From: Coleofasciculus sp. B1-GNL1-01
GTDB lineage: Bacteria > Cyanobacteriota > Cyanobacteriia > Cyanobacteriales > Coleofasciculaceae
Assembly (NCBI GenBank): GCA_040220235.1
Contig: JAVJTO010000094.1
Length of the DNA: 64,000 bases
Direction: 5' to 3' (one strand)
Shown here: positions 30,182 through 41,519 of the stretch, in pieces
Position numbering within the stretch: position 1 is the stretch's first letter
How the letters are laid out: each line of letters starts with the position of its first letter
Translations under genes and position numbers: made by a program
Notes under the pieces: model-generated
Databases searched by the model: none
What the model was told of the DNA's origin: nothing
The model's input: the letters and a program-made list of their open reading frames with translations, nothing else

Positions 30182-31393
30182 ATGGTTGTTACCCCTTCTA
30201 CCCCCCCTACCGTTAACGGTTCTGAGATCCGAGGTAAGATTCGCACCTTGCAATCGCAACTTGTCGAGTGGCGGCGGCGCTTGCACCAGCACCCGGAATT
30301 AGGGTTTACTGAACACCTGACGGCTGGATTTGTTGCCCAAAAGTTACAGGAGTGGGGAATTGAGCATCAAACGGGTATTGCTAAAACTGGGATCGTTGCC
30401 ACAATAGAAGGCGATCGCATGGGTCCGGTGTTAGCGATTCGGGCAGATATGGATGCTTTGCCGATTCAGGAAGAAAACAATGTCCCTTATCGATCGCAAC
30501 ATGATGGAATTATGCACGCTTGCGGTCATGATGGACATACCGCGATCGCATTAGGTACAGCCTTCTATCTGTCCCAACACCGTCAAGACTTTGCGGGAAC
30601 CGTCAAATTCATTTTCCAACCTGCTGAAGAAGGACCCGGCGGCGCTAAACCGATGATTGAAGCTGGCGTCTTAAAAAATCCGGATGTGGATGCTATTATT
30701 GGGCTACATTTGTGGAACAATTTGCCCCTGGGAACTGTTGGCGTTCGCCATGGTGCTTTAATGGCAGCAAGCGAGCGATTTCAGTGTAAAATTTTAGGCA
30801 AGGGGGGACATGGGGCAATGCCACATCAAACCCTAGACGCGATCGTCATTGGCACTCAAGTGGTCAACGCCTTGCAAACCATTGTGGCTCGTAATGTTGA
30901 CCCAATTGAATCAGCCGTGGTTACGGTGGGAATGTTTCAAGCTGGTACAGCGTTTAATGTCATTGCTGATAGCGCCAAAATGAGCGGCACAGTGCGCTAT
31001 TTCAATCCGCAATTGGCAGGGTATTTCAGCCAGCGTATCGAGCAAGTGATTGCAGGTATTTGTCAAAGTCACGGGGCGCAGTATGAACTTGACTACCAGC
31101 CGCTTTATCCGCCTGTAATCAATGACTCACAGATAGCCGAATTGGTACGATCCGTAGCTGAAGAAGTCGTCGAAACCCCTACAGGAATCGTACCCGAATG
31201 CCAAACCATGGGCGGGGAAGATATGTCATTTTTCCTAGAGGCTGTACCGGGTTGCTATTTCTTTTTGGGATCAGCGAATCCCAGTAAAGATTTAGCCTAT
31301 CCCCATCACCACCCCCGGTTTGATTTTGATGAAACTGTGTTAGCAATGGGAGTAGAACTATTTGTTCGCTGTGTGGAAAAATTCTGCCAGTAA
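30182..31393 (+). CDS. M20D amidohydrolase (N-acyl-L-amino acid amidohydrolase)
   Basis: RADMDALP, MHACGHDGH, FQPAEEG, GGEDM and HHPRFD. Confidence 0.93.
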   Translation: MVVTPSTPPTVNGSEIRGKIRTLQSQLVEWRRRLHQHPELGFTEHLTAGFVAQKLQEWGIEHQTGIAKTGIVATIEGDRMGPVLAIRADMDALPIQEENNVPYRSQHDGIMHACGHDGHTAIALGTAFYLSQHRQDFAGTVKFIFQPAEEGPGGAKPMIEAGVLKNPDVDAIIGLHLWNNLPLGTVGVRHGALMAASERFQCKILGKGGHGAMPHQTLDAIVIGTQVVNALQTIVARNVDPIESAVVTVGMFQAGTAFNVIADSAKMSGTVRYFNPQLAGYFSQRIEQVIAGICQSHGAQYELDYQPLYPPVINDSQIAELVRSVAEEVVETPTGIVPECQTMGGEDMSFFLEAVPGCYFFLGSANPSKDLAYPHHHPRFDFDETVLAMGVELFVRCVEKFCQ

Positions 31394-31618
31394 TTCTCGA
31401 TATTCGGGAAACCTGACAATCTAGGGTGTGCCTGCCAGATCAACGAAACGCGAAACCAGGGTAAGGTAACGAGTTCAAGGCTTTTATCGCTTTGCCTTTC
31501 ATCCTTTCCCTCGCGTCGATTCACCAAGGGTGGGTCTATCGATGCCAAACGAGTCCCGCGATCGGCTCTCTCAAACCCTAGAAAATTATAGAGGAATTAC
31601 CTCCCTCAGGAGAAGTCT

Positions 31619-34600
31619 ATGTCAGCCCCCATCTACCTGAAACTACTGTCAACCCTAACCTTATGCCTAACCACACTGGGGTTCATGTCATCGGGGTTAA
31701 CCCAACCGATTGTTTCCGATGACAGTACCGATACGACTGTGAATCAAGAGGGAAACCGCTTCGATATTGAGGGGGGGGAATTGTCAGGAGATGGCGCGAA
31801 TCTCTTCCACAGTTTTAGTGAGTTTGGTTTAGATTCGGGACAAATTGCCAATTTTTTATCCAACTCATCGATACAGAATATTCTCTCACGAATTACTGGC
31901 GGTGATGCCTCGGTGATTAATGGGTTAATTCAAATCACTGGCGGCACTTCTAATCTGTTTTTGATGAATCCGGCGGGTATTATCTTTGGCAATGAGGCTC
32001 AATTAAACGTCCCCGCCGCCTTTACCGCCACAACCGCTACAGGGATTAGTTTTGGCGATAACCTGTTTAATGCTACCGGGATCAATGATTACACCTCTCT
32101 GGTGGGAACGCCCAATGGCTTTGTCTTTAATACACCAGAACCCGGTTCTATCGTTAATACAGGCACACTGGAAGTCAATTCTGAACAGAATCTCAGTCTA
32201 ATTGGCGGTACGGTTGTGAGTACAGGTGAATTAGTCGCCCCAGACGGTCAAATTACTGTAACCACCGTTCCTGGTAATCAGTGGGTTCGGATTAGCCAAG
32301 CGGGACATTTGCTGAGTTTAGAGGTTCCGGCGGCGGCGACGGAAGTTCCATTTACTCCCCTTTCTCTTCCCCAACTGCTAACGGGAGGAAACGTTGGTAA
32401 CGCCACAGGTTTGTCGGTAAATGAACAGGGTGAGGTTGCGCTTACGGGTTCAGGAATTGCGATTGACAAGGGTGATGTAGTTGCCAATACGGTAACGGGG
32501 GGAACGGCGTTACTTTCAGCAGAGAATAATCTCACGTTGGTGGAGAGTCAGTTAACCACAACGGGTAATTTGCAACTCTTGGCGCAGGATACGGTACGGG
32601 TGCGCGATACTGTGGCGAATCCATTTATTGCTGATGCGGGAAATGATTTAATTGTTCAAGGAAATCAAAAGGTTGATATCTTTGCCCTGAATCATGCCGC
32701 CAGTGGCTTCTTCTCTGGTGGGGATATGGTCTTCCGTTCTAGTAATACGATAAGCGGAGATGCTCACTACTCGACAGGCGGCGATTTCCGGATTGAACAA
32801 TTGGATGGCAGTGAAGGAGATTTAGAAAGTCCCTATGATCCAATTATTCTAGCTACAGGAAATGTCGAACTGGGAGACTATACGGGGGCTTCGCTACATA
32901 TTTTAGCTGGGGGTAGCGTCAATGTAGGAAATGTTGAAATTACGGGGGCAGATACAGTAGCTGATACCATTAATCCCAATAATACTACCTTGTTTAACGG
33001 GACTACTGAAATAGGGAAGTTGGCAACAGTCAACTTGTCAAATGGTGAATCAGTGATAATTAACGGCAATCAGCAACCAACATTAGACATTAGAGCAGGC
33101 GTAGATTGGTCACTCTTAGGAGGAGTACCAACTGTTACTTCACCGATAGACTCAACTAATCAATTTACAGGTGATAACCAACCTCCCACTTTTCCGGGAA
33201 CAGTTACCAATGCAAATATTGATATCGGCAGTATTAAGATTGCCATTAATCAACCGGATGGAGTGGTATTGTTAACCAATCAGTACAATCCAAATGATTT
33301 AGGTGGAAATATTCAAATTGGAGCAATCAATGTAAGCAACGATTTGGGTAATGCTGGATCTGTTACTATTGACTCTCGTGAAAATATTGGAACTGCTTCA
33401 ATTAAATCGAGAGCAAATGTGAGTGGTGATGGGGGTGCTATAATCCTTAATGCCGAAGGCAATATTGACATTGAAAACGCTAGTGGTAGTGATATTGATT
33501 CAAGGGGTGATAATGGAGGAAATATTACCCTTAATGCTGGTGGTACGATCAGGATGACGAATGCTCTTTCCCGAGGTAAAGATACTACGGGTGATGGAGG
33601 CGATATTACTATCACGGCTGGAGGAGATATTAACAGTGGCAATATCCAGACAAGTGGTGCAAATGGCGGAGAAATCACGATCAACAGCGGTGGTGTAATT
33701 GACACCACAGGTCCGCTAGGAAATGAAGGAACAATAGAATCCTGTAGTAATATTACCTGTGATGGTGCGGGTGAAAGTGGCGATATTGCCGTTGAAGCAA
33801 CCAGCATTATTACCCGGGGCATTCAGTCAAATGGTGACTTAGATGGTAACATTAACCTGACCAGCAATGAAATTCAGCTTAAGCCCGCAGAAGTACCTGC
33901 AAATAGACCTGAAGTTCCCTTTATTAGAGGAACTGGAACGCTTCGGCTTCAGCCATTGGATATAGAAACAATAACTGTAAACACAGGAAGCAATGATCTA
34001 ATCTTAGATAACCCTCTCCAGCTTGGGGGCAATATCAGTTTCAATACGAGTGGTGGTAATGTTACCTTGAATGGCACGGTTGATGGAGAATATGATTTAA
34101 GTTTAAATACGGACACGGGGACAGCACTATTTAATGGGATTGTTGGCAGTCTGAATTCCTTAAATATTATCAGCACAGACGCTAACGGAAAAACGATCAT
34201 CAATCGTGATATAACTGCCAACCAGCTAGAATTCAACAACATGGTAGAAGTGCTGTCGAATTCAACATTAACGTTGACCCAAAGCGGAATGCAGCCTCCT
34301 CCAGCAATCGACTTTATGTCAAGTGTTGAATTAAAGGCTGATCTGACGATAAGCACGATTAGAAATAGTCAAATTAACTTTAATAGCACGGTTGATGGGA
34401 CGTATGATTTGACCGTATTAAATCCAGGAGAAACGACATTTACAGCTGAAGTTGGCAGCATCAGCCGTTTGAATACCCTTAGGACAGATAACGAGGGAAC
34501 AACCCAAATCAATAACAATATTACCGCTAATCAAATCGACATCCAAGATGCAGTCGAGGTGCTGTCCGACTTATCGTTAACGGCGGATGAAATTGAATTC

Positions 34601-37600
34601 GGCTCAACGATTACGGGAACCAATCAAAATCTGATCCTTCAATCGTCAAATACTACTGATATCTTTAGCCTAGTCGGATCAGGGACATCCTCCGAGGAAG
34701 CGGGATTCCAAGATGGTTTCGAGAGTCTGACAATTCGCAGTACGAATAGCGGCGGACAAATTGATTTAAGCAATCTCACGTTCAGTGATCCCGTAACAAT
34801 TCAAATGCCTGATGGTGTGATCGCAATTAATGGCAAGATTACGGGTATAGATGATGCTTCAATTACACTCAACAGTGCCACCACTAACTTAAATGCCGAT
34901 ATCACGACTGTAGATGGTAGTATAGCGTTTAATGCAGACAACGTTAGACTGGGTAATAATGTTACTCTCAGCAGTGGTAGTAACCCAATTCGCTTTCAAG
35001 GTACGGTTGATGGCAATCATGATTTGACACTATTGAGTTCGGGTACAACAACCTTTGGCGGTGCGGTTGGTGGTTCTACCCGACTGAATAGTCTCACGAC
35101 AGATTCTGGCGGAATAACTCAATTCCAGGGGAACGTTACGGCAAATCGCTTGGATTTACAAGATCGGGTAGATGTGCTATCCAATTTATCCCTAACCGCC
35201 GCAGAAATTGACTTGAATTCAATTGAGACAAGCACCAATCAAACCCTGACACTGCAACCTCTAAATCCGAACCAAGACTTTAGTGTAAATGGTGGGATAT
35301 TCAAAGACGGTTTCCAGAGTATAACCATTGGACAAGAATCAGGGAGTGGCACAATTACACTGGATGATAATTTTACATTCAATGATCCTGTGACGATTCA
35401 GTCGTCTAGTGGGGAAATTGTTCTTAATGGTATGCTGATGGGTGAAGATAATGCCGCGATTACCCTTGATGCTGCTACGACAACACTGAATTCTAATATC
35501 ACAACCTCAGGTAATAGTCTCACGTTCTTAGGAGACAGGGTTAATTTAGGCGCTGATGTTGACCTGAATACGGCGAGTGGTAATATCAATTTTAGTGGCA
35601 TTGTAGAGGGCGATCGCACTTTACGTATCTTCAGTAGCGGAACCACCACATTCTCTGGTGCTGTGGGTAGTATCACACCGTTAAATAGTCTCACCACTGA
35701 CGCCGGAGGAACCACCCAATTTGGCGGAGATGTTACGGCGAATCGTTTAAGTATCCAAGATTCCCTGGCTGTCTTATCGGATTTATCCCTAACTGCATCA
35801 GAGATTACCTTGGGTGCAACGGTAACGGGATCAAATACTAATTTAGTTTTGCAACCGCTTAATCCCACTCAAAAGTTTACTCTCACCAGAGGCGTGTTTG
35901 AAGACGGGTTCCAGAGTCTCAGGATTGGCAGGGAAAATGGCAGTGGCGAGATCGAACTCAATGGCAATCTCACCGTTAGCGATCCGCTATCTATCCTATC
36001 ACCAACAGGTTCAGGTTCGATCACCGCCACAGGTACAATTACCGGATTCGATAATGCCACAATTAACCTACTGGCGAATCAAGCTATTAATGTAAATGAT
36101 ATTACGGCGAATGCGGGGATTTCTCTCACCAGTAATCAAAGGGCTGTCACTACCGGAAATCTGAATACGTCGGGAGTGAATCAAGGGGGAGATATTACAG
36201 TACAAGCCAAAACGGAGATTCAAACGGGTGCGATCAATTCCAGTGCAACTCAGGGCGATGGGGGGAATGTCACCTTAGATCCAGAAAACGATATCGAAGT
36301 GGATTCGATTAATGCTCAAGGTGGCATCAACGGCAGAGGTGGTAACGTTGATATTACCACAGAACAATTTTTCCGCGCTACCGAGACATTTAGCGATCGC
36401 ACGGGTACAACCACCAGTATCTCCACCGCAGGCGGGAATGGTGGTGGATCAGTGATCATCCGCCATCAAGGAGGGAAATTGGGTATCCCCTTCACCGTCG
36501 GACAAGACTATAATAACGAGAATGGAACACGAGGCGCGATCGCAACCGGAAGCGATAATCAAATTACCGAGGGTTCCTATCCCAATCCTTATACTCAGGG
36601 AATTGCACCGAGTCAGATTCAACTGATTACACCAGAAACAAGCAGTGCATCGTCACCCGAAAATCCGCTGATTCTGCAAAAAGAGTCCCCCTCACAACCT
36701 CAGGTAGAAACCGACGTGCCATCTGTAACAATTGACACCGTATTTGGCACAATTGATGCGGCGTATACCCAAGAATTTGAATCCTATCTTGGCAAACCAG
36801 CCACTCAAATTCTCACCTTAACTCAGGCGCGTCAACTTTTGCAGGATATTGCCCAAGAAACAGGGGTCAAACCTGCATTAATTTATGTCATGTTTGTTCC
36901 CAGTAGCATCTCTTCTGAATCAGCTACCCCCCAAGACAATGATCAACTGGATCTCGTCTTAGTTACCGCCCAAGGAGAACCCATTCACAAATCCATACCC
37001 ATCACCCGCGCTGAAGTTTTACAAGTAGCGCAACAGTTTCAACGAAGTGTAACCAATGTCCGAGATACTAAGGGTTACTTAGCCCCAGGAAAACAACTCT
37101 ACGACTGGTTAATTACGCCATTAGAAGCTGACTTACAAGCCCAAGGCATTCAAAACTTGGTGTTTGTGATGGACAGGGGTTTACGTTCCATTCCCGTAGC
37201 CGCCCTACACAATGAACAACAATTCTTGATCGAGAATTATAGTGTAGGAATTATGCCCAGTTTAAGCCTTACTGATACTCGCTACCAAAGTGTGCAAGAT
37301 ACCCAAGTTTTGGCAATGGGGGCAGAACGATTTAGCGATAAAAAGCCGTTACCCGCCGTTCCCGTGGAATTAGAAGCGATTACCCAGAAACTATGGCAAG
37401 GTCAATTTTTCCTAGATGAAGGCTTTACTCTAGATAATCTGAAAGCCCAACGGAAAAAACAACCCTTTGGGATTATTCACCTCGCCACCCATGCCGATTT
37501 TCGTCCCGGTGCGATCAGCAATTCCTACATCCAGTTATGGAATAGTAAGCTACGCCTTGATCAATTGCCAGAATTAGGATGGAATGATCCTCCTGTAGAA

Positions 37601-37960
37601 TTACTGGTACTCAGTGCTTGTCGTACTGCATTAGGGGATGAAAACGCCGAATTAGGCTTTGCCGGATTAGCGGTGCAAGCGGGAGTCAAATCAACCTTAG
37701 CCAGTTTGTGGTATGTCAGCGATGAAGGTACATTGGCACTAATGACCCAATTTTATGATCACTTAAGAACGGCTCCCATTAAAGCAGAAGCCTTACGACA
37801 GGTGCAAATCGATATGCTTAAGGGGCAAACTAAACTGGAAAATGGTCAACTGATTACGTCTGCGGGAACGATTTTGTTACCCTCTGAATTGCCCCAATCA
37901 CAAGATTTAACCCATCCGTATTATTGGGCATCTTTCACTGTCGTGGGGAATCCTTGGTAA
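31619..37960 (+). CDS. Filamentous haemagglutinin (TPS) N-terminal domain / beta-helix / CHAT domain protein (2113 aa)
   Basis: Signal peptide, NLFHSF and NPAGI TPS motifs, Gly/Thr/Asn-rich repeats, and CHAT motifs [14 protein letters not shown] and HPYYWA. Confidence 0.93.
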   Translation: MSAPIYLKLLSTLTLCLTTLGFMSSGLTQPIVSDDSTDTTVNQEGNRFDIEGGELSGDGANLFHSFSEFGLDSGQIANFLSNSSIQNILSRITGGDASVINGLIQITGGTSNLFLMNPAGIIFGNEAQLNVPAAFTATTATGISFGDNLFNATGINDYTSLVGTPNGFVFNTPEPGSIVNTGTLEVNSEQNLSLIGGTVVSTGELVAPDGQITVTTVPGNQWVRISQAGHLLSLEVPAAATEVPFTPLSLPQLLTGGNVGNATGLSVNEQGEVALTGSGIAIDKGDVVANTVTGGTALLSAENNLTLVESQLTTTGNLQLLAQDTVRVRDTVANPFIADAGNDLIVQGNQKVDIFALNHAASGFFSGGDMVFRSSNTISGDAHYSTGGDFRIEQLDGSEGDLESPYDPIILATGNVELGDYTGASLHILAGGSVNVGNVEITGADTVADTINPNNTTLFNGTTEIGKLATVNLSNGESVIINGNQQPTLDIRAGVDWSLLGGVPTVTSPIDSTNQFTGDNQPPTFPGTVTNANIDIGSIKIAINQPDGVVLLTNQYNPNDLGGNIQIGAINVSNDLGNAGSVTIDSRENIGTASIKSRANVSGDGGAIILNAEGNIDIENASGSDIDSRGDNGGNITLNAGGTIRMTNALSRGKDTTGDGGDITITAGGDINSGNIQTSGANGGEITINSGGVIDTTGPLGNEGTIESCSNITCDGAGESGDIAVEATSIITRGIQSNGDLDGNINLTSNEIQLKPAEVPANRPEVPFIRGTGTLRLQPLDIETITVNTGSNDLILDNPLQLGGNISFNTSGGNVTLNGTVDGEYDLSLNTDTGTALFNGIVGSLNSLNIISTDANGKTIINRDITANQLEFNNMVEVLSNSTLTLTQSGMQPPPAIDFMSSVELKADLTISTIRNSQINFNSTVDGTYDLTVLNPGETTFTAEVGSISRLNTLRTDNEGTTQINNNITANQIDIQDAVEVLSDLSLTADEIEFGSTITGTNQNLILQSSNTTDIFSLVGSGTSSEEAGFQDGFESLTIRSTNSGGQIDLSNLTFSDPVTIQMPDGVIAINGKITGIDDASITLNSATTNLNADITTVDGSIAFNADNVRLGNNVTLSSGSNPIRFQGTVDGNHDLTLLSSGTTTFGGAVGGSTRLNSLTTDSGGITQFQGNVTANRLDLQDRVDVLSNLSLTAAEIDLNSIETSTNQTLTLQPLNPNQDFSVNGGIFKDGFQSITIGQESGSGTITLDDNFTFNDPVTIQSSSGEIVLNGMLMGEDNAAITLDAATTTLNSNITTSGNSLTFLGDRVNLGADVDLNTASGNINFSGIVEGDRTLRIFSSGTTTFSGAVGSITPLNSLTTDAGGTTQFGGDVTANRLSIQDSLAVLSDLSLTASEITLGATVTGSNTNLVLQPLNPTQKFTLTRGVFEDGFQSLRIGRENGSGEIELNGNLTVSDPLSILSPTGSGSITATGTITGFDNATINLLANQAINVNDITANAGISLTSNQRAVTTGNLNTSGVNQGGDITVQAKTEIQTGAINSSATQGDGGNVTLDPENDIEVDSINAQGGINGRGGNVDITTEQFFRATETFSDRTGTTTSISTAGGNGGGSVIIRHQGGKLGIPFTVGQDYNNENGTRGAIATGSDNQITEGSYPNPYTQGIAPSQIQLITPETSSASSPENPLILQKESPSQPQVETDVPSVTIDTVFGTIDAAYTQEFESYLGKPATQILTLTQARQLLQDIAQETGVKPALIYVMFVPSSISSESATPQDNDQLDLVLVTAQGEPIHKSIPITRAEVLQVAQQFQRSVTNVRDTKGYLAPGKQLYDWLITPLEADLQAQGIQNLVFVMDRGLRSIPVAALHNEQQFLIENYSVGIMPSLSLTDTRYQSVQDTQVLAMGAERFSDKKPLPAVPVELEAITQKLWQGQFFLDEGFTLDNLKAQRKKQPFGIIHLATHADFRPGAISNSYIQLWNSKLRLDQLPELGWNDPPVELLVLSACRTALGDENAELGFAGLAVQAGVKSTLASLWYVSDEGTLALMTQFYDHLRTAPIKAEALRQVQIDMLKGQTKLENGQLITSAGTILLPSELPQSQDLTHPYYWASFTVVGNPW

Positions 37961-38049
37961 AAACTGGCGGAAATTTTTGGCTGAGTCCCCCACTCCCCTG
38001 CTCCTTTACCTCATAATGAGAATTGGAGAGTTTATGAAGAAACGTAACA

Positions 38050-38334
38050 ATGCCTAAAGCTATCTGGAACGACACGGTTCTCGCCGAGAGCAACAACTGT
38101 CAGATTGTCGAAGGAAACTATTATTTTCCCCCAGACTCAATCAACCAGGAGTATTTCAAGGAAAGCAGTACCCATACCAGCTGTCCCTGGAAGGGTCAAG
38201 CCAATTACTACACCATCGAAGTTGATGGGCAACAGAATAAAGATGCAGCCTGGTACTATCCTCAAGCAAAAGAGAAGGCGAAAAATTTTGAGGGCTATGT
38301 TGCCTTTTGGAGAGGAGTAAAAGTTGAAGCATAG
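38050..38334 (+). CDS. DUF427-family protein
   Basis: VEGNYYFP, CPWKG.A.YY and AAWYYP. Confidence 0.92.
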   Translation: MPKAIWNDTVLAESNNCQIVEGNYYFPPDSINQEYFKESSTHTSCPWKGQANYYTIEVDGQQNKDAAWYYPQAKEKAKNFEGYVAFWRGVKVEA

Positions 38335-38335
38335 C

Positions 38336-38438
38336 TAAGCTGTCATGCATTTAAATTGGGAATGGGTAGCGAGCAAGATGCTCGCACTACACGGCTTTCG
38401 CCATTATTGACATTAAGGTTTAAATGCCGAACAGCTTA
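38336..38438. mobile_element. MITE-like element with TA-flanked terminal inverted repeats
   Basis: TAAGCTGTCATGCATTTAAA ... TTTAAATGCCGAACAGCTTA, enclosing a GTAGCGAGCAAGATGCTCGCACTAC palindrome. Confidence 0.75.
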
Positions 38439-38496
38439 GTATGGGTTTAGAATCCTCGCCCAACTTAAATATACAGCGCAAAGCGCTGTAATAAAG

Positions 38497-38634
38497 TACA
38501 GTAGATCAAAGTCCCCCTTCAGATCCCCCTTCCGTCCCCCTTAAAAAGGGGGAGACCAAAGGATGCTTCGCGTTTTGTTCCATGGGGATTTAGGGGGATC
38601 GACAATGTACCGCATAGCAAAGTAAACTGCTGTA
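38497..38634. mobile_element. MITE-like element (TACAGTAG...CTGCTGTA) with CCCCCTT/AAGGGGG palindromes
   Basis: Short imperfect terminal inverted repeats. The internal TCCCCCTTAAAAAGGGGG...GGGGGATC motif recurs at 50187-50222. Confidence 0.6.
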
Positions 38635-38678
38635 ACACTCTCTGTAAAACGCTACAGCTAGACCTGAATCCCTTCTAC

Positions 38679-39455
38679 CTACTTTTTAACCGCCCTGTCA
38701 CCCCCGGGAGTTTGCCAGTTTTCCCGATGGAAATTTGGCTGAGATTGAACCCAGACGTTTGCACCCGATTCAATTAACTCTTGCTCAATTTGCACCGCAT
38801 TCTCTACTATCGCTGCTGTCAAATTCATCGTCTTTAGATAGACATTATAAGCCGCGACTGGCACATTTAAAACAGAACTCCAGGCTTCCTCTTGTTGGTG
38901 AAACACCTGAATTTCTGGCTTTTGTTCAGGGAATCCCTTTCCTATCTTTAATCCACATAACTCAATTTCTGACGCCGATGGTGGTTGATCAATTAAACCA
39001 TGATAGTAATCTCCCACATTCAGCAATACGTCATAAATCTCTCTAGACAACCGTTTGCCAATGGGATGAGACAAATTACAGGTTAACATTGGCAGTACAT
39101 GCCAAGTTTGAGCGAGCAAATCTTGTCTAATGCCAGACACAGTAGCGGGAATCAGCAGATCAACAGAACTCAGAAAATCCGTGTTCAGAGAAAGAACCAT
39201 GACGGAAACAACTTGCCACTCCTCTGCGGCGACAGGCGATTCAGGTTCCTTCACAATCATCACATAGCGCGATGGCGAATTCCCCGCCAGAAACCTTCGT
39301 GCGGAATCAGGAAATAGATGCTGTTGCTCCTGTGGAGAAAACTCTAGAGGACTATACACCGAGCGATTAACCTCCCAGATTTCTCCAGGTTGAGGGGGTT
39401 GCTGGTTTAATGTTGAACCTTTAGGAAACCTGTATTCATTATAGTTTATACGCAT
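38679..39455 (-). CDS. Hypothetical protein downstream of the sigma factor; PemK/MazF-like pattern in its N-terminal half
   Basis: 258-aa ORF reading PQPGEIWEV...QEQ...RYVMIV...VSVMVLS...LLAQTWHV...LSHPIGKRLSREI. The fold call is inference. Confidence 0.7.
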   Translation of the reverse strand: MRINYNEYRFPKGSTLNQQPPQPGEIWEVNRSVYSPLEFSPQEQQHLFPDSARRFLAGNSPSRYVMIVKEPESPVAAEEWQVVSVMVLSLNTDFLSSVDLLIPATVSGIRQDLLAQTWHVLPMLTCNLSHPIGKRLSREIYDVLLNVGDYYHGLIDQPPSASEIELCGLKIGKGFPEQKPEIQVFHQQEEAWSSVLNVPVAAYNVYLKTMNLTAAIVENAVQIEQELIESGANVWVQSQPNFHRENWQTPGGDRAVKK

Positions 39456-39573
39456 TTGATTCTAGCTCCAGACAATACCGTACTCTGCTCTGATGAGAAA
39501 GCAAATCACCTGAAACCTAGCCTACTCTAAATTTCACCAAACGGCGTATAAAAATTGATCAACTTTACCAAAA

Positions 39574-39710
39574 CTTCAAATCGTTAGCCCGGATAGATAG
39601 GGAGCCTATTAGCTTTGACATAATGGTCATGCTAACTTGCTCTCGTTGGGTTTCCTTCCTCAACCCAACCTACTCTCGTTGACTCTTCAAATCGCTAGCC
39701 CGGATGGATA
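39574..39710. repeat. 26-bp direct repeat pair CTTCAAATCGYTAGCCCGGATRGATA
   Basis: Copies at 39574-39599 and 39685-39710, 2 mismatches, 85-bp spacer. Confidence 0.85.
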
Positions 39711-39788
39711 CACCTCATCGACTTATGATTGTTTAAACTTCCCTCAAACCCTCACCAATGAGGGATGACAAATGATAAATGACGCTCC

Positions 39789-40484
39789 TTACCAACCTTG
39801 AGTTGAGCGCACTCGCTGAACCTTTTGACGGCTTGTCGCTTCGATTTCAGATTGAACCGTTGCAGGTTTCATCAATCCTAACTCTTCAGCAAGGTATTCT
39901 AATAACTCGCGCCAACGTTTTGAGACAGCACCTTGAGTTTTTAAGCCCAAATCAGCAGCCAGTTGGACTTGAGTTTTGCCTTGTACTTTACCATACCAGA
40001 GTTTTTGATAACCCCGATTAGGATGACGTTTATCCAGCACGGAAATCGCATCAATGGCGCGGCTAACTAAATCTGCACGTTCTACAGTATCCAACAAATC
40101 CAACTTATCCTGTATCGTTTCCAATAAAGGCAAATCCGTTCCCGGAATGGTTTGGTCTAAACTGATACAGTTTTGTCGTTTTTCCTTACGCACCAAGTCA
40201 ATAATCGCAAAACGTGCCACCATTGCCGCCCAGTGGTAGAAGTCTTGGACATCCCCTTGGCGGAACTTTCCCGCCATTACAGCTTGAAATACTTTAGCAT
40301 GGGCAGTTTGGGCAGCATCTTCCCAGGAAACAGCCGTACCTCTCGTATTTTTACGGGCAATTCTTTCAATTCTCCGTTGATGTTCCAAGTGGCTCAGAAG
40401 TTGCCCACAAACCAGACAATCTCCCTTGAGACAGCGTTTTATTGGGTCTTCAGGAAGAAGAGCGTGATTAAATTGCTGAGTCAT
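39789..40484 (-). CDS. Sigma-70 family (ECF-like) RNA polymerase sigma factor
   Basis: Region 2 (WEDAAQ...FYHWAAMVARFAIIDLVRKE), SLD motif and region 4 HTH (GKTQVQLAADLGLKTQGAVSKR). Confidence 0.85.
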   Translation of the reverse strand: MTQQFNHALLPEDPIKRCLKGDCLVCGQLLSHLEHQRRIERIARKNTRGTAVSWEDAAQTAHAKVFQAVMAGKFRQGDVQDFYHWAAMVARFAIIDLVRKEKRQNCISLDQTIPGTDLPLLETIQDKLDLLDTVERADLVSRAIDAISVLDKRHPNRGYQKLWYGKVQGKTQVQLAADLGLKTQGAVSKRWRELLEYLAEELGLMKPATVQSEIEATSRQKVQRVRSTQGW

Positions 40485-41041
40485 ATCCAGTCTGGCTAAA
40501 GATTATATTATGTGCCTTGTTTCGTCAAATGGGTTGACTGTGTAGAAAAATTCACGGGTACAAGAGACTCCTACACAGATGTGTAGAAGTCATCGATGAG
40601 CTGAAAGCATTACATCATAGCAAAAGTGTCGGAAGGTTGATCAAGAAATCACCAAACCTGCGGCTGACTAGGTAGAAAGACTTATGACTCCAGGCGGGTA
40701 GTTGTTGTTCCAATTTTTGGTCAAGCACCGGGTTCTAATCGCAACGACTCAACTGACAACAAAATTTTTTTCGGGGATTTCGGAATAGTTGGCTCTTAGG
40801 ATTCGTTACAGATCACTAGGTAAGGGAAGGGCAGCGGATGAGTTCCTCTCCTGCTTGTGCTGGTGAGCCTTCGCGAATAAAAATTAGTGGCGTCCAAAAT
40901 CCCAGCATTAGCGTATTGATTTTCATGATTTTGTCTGACAAAAACAGATTCTACTCATTACTCGCCAGAAGAGAGTTAATTTTACGCAGAACATTGACTT
41001 TGTTTACAAAATGTTACTTTGACTGCATAGGACATCGGTCA

Positions 41042-41107
41042 AGAAACCGGGTTTCTTTGGGTGAAAGGTTGGTATGGCGTTGTCATTCTCACGAAAAACC
41101 CGGTTTC
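41042..41107. repeat. AGAAACCGGGTTT...AAACCCGGTTTCT inverted repeat element
   Basis: 13-bp inverted repeat around a ~40-nt loop; a common cyanobacterial dispersed-repeat type. Confidence 0.75.
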
Positions 41108-41189
41108 TGGGAATACTTGACCGTATTATAGACACCTTGCGCCCCTACACTTGGATGTATCACATTAGCTTGGAAACTGCAATATAATC

Positions 41190-41519
41190 ATGCAAAACGT
41201 GATTTTGAATTGGTCAATCTCCCTGGTTTTATTAACCTTGACAGTCGCTTGCATGAGTAATCAGTATGTTCCCTATCGCCCAGTTATTCGCTCGCAAGAT
41301 GAGTTAGTGGTTTCCGATGCGGCTGTTAACCCAGAACACCAGGAAAATATCAAGCGAGTCTTTGATTTCTATAGTGTTCCTTATCGCGAAGAGAATGGAC
41401 AAATCCTGATCCCAGCTAAAGTTTGGCAAGATCGGGAACTGATGTGGAACTATACGACAAAGGCGAATGATTCGGAGTGGCTACGTCAACAAGAAGAAGA
41501 TGTTAAGTCCACGCCCTAA
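41190..41519 (+). CDS. Putative lipoprotein, unknown function
   Basis: Hydrophobic N-terminus ending TVAC (lipobox-like); 109 aa. Confidence 0.7.
   Translation: MQNVILNWSISLVLLTLTVACMSNQYVPYRPVIRSQDELVVSDAAVNPEHQENIKRVFDFYSVPYREENGQILIPAKVWQDRELMWNYTTKANDSEWLRQQEEDVKSTP

Noticed and set aside
32278..36095. Antisense ORFs inside the TPS-CHAT gene (likewise 60159-61856)
   Set aside because: Shadow ORFs caused by Gly/Thr/Asn codon bias, with no independent motifs.
39574..39710. Possible mini CRISPR array
   Set aside because: Only two repeats, an 85-bp spacer made of REP-like sequence, and no cas genes in the window.
40838..41131. 97-aa ORF upstream of the sigma factor
   Set aside because: Runs through the AGAAACCGGGTTT repeat and has no protein-like features.
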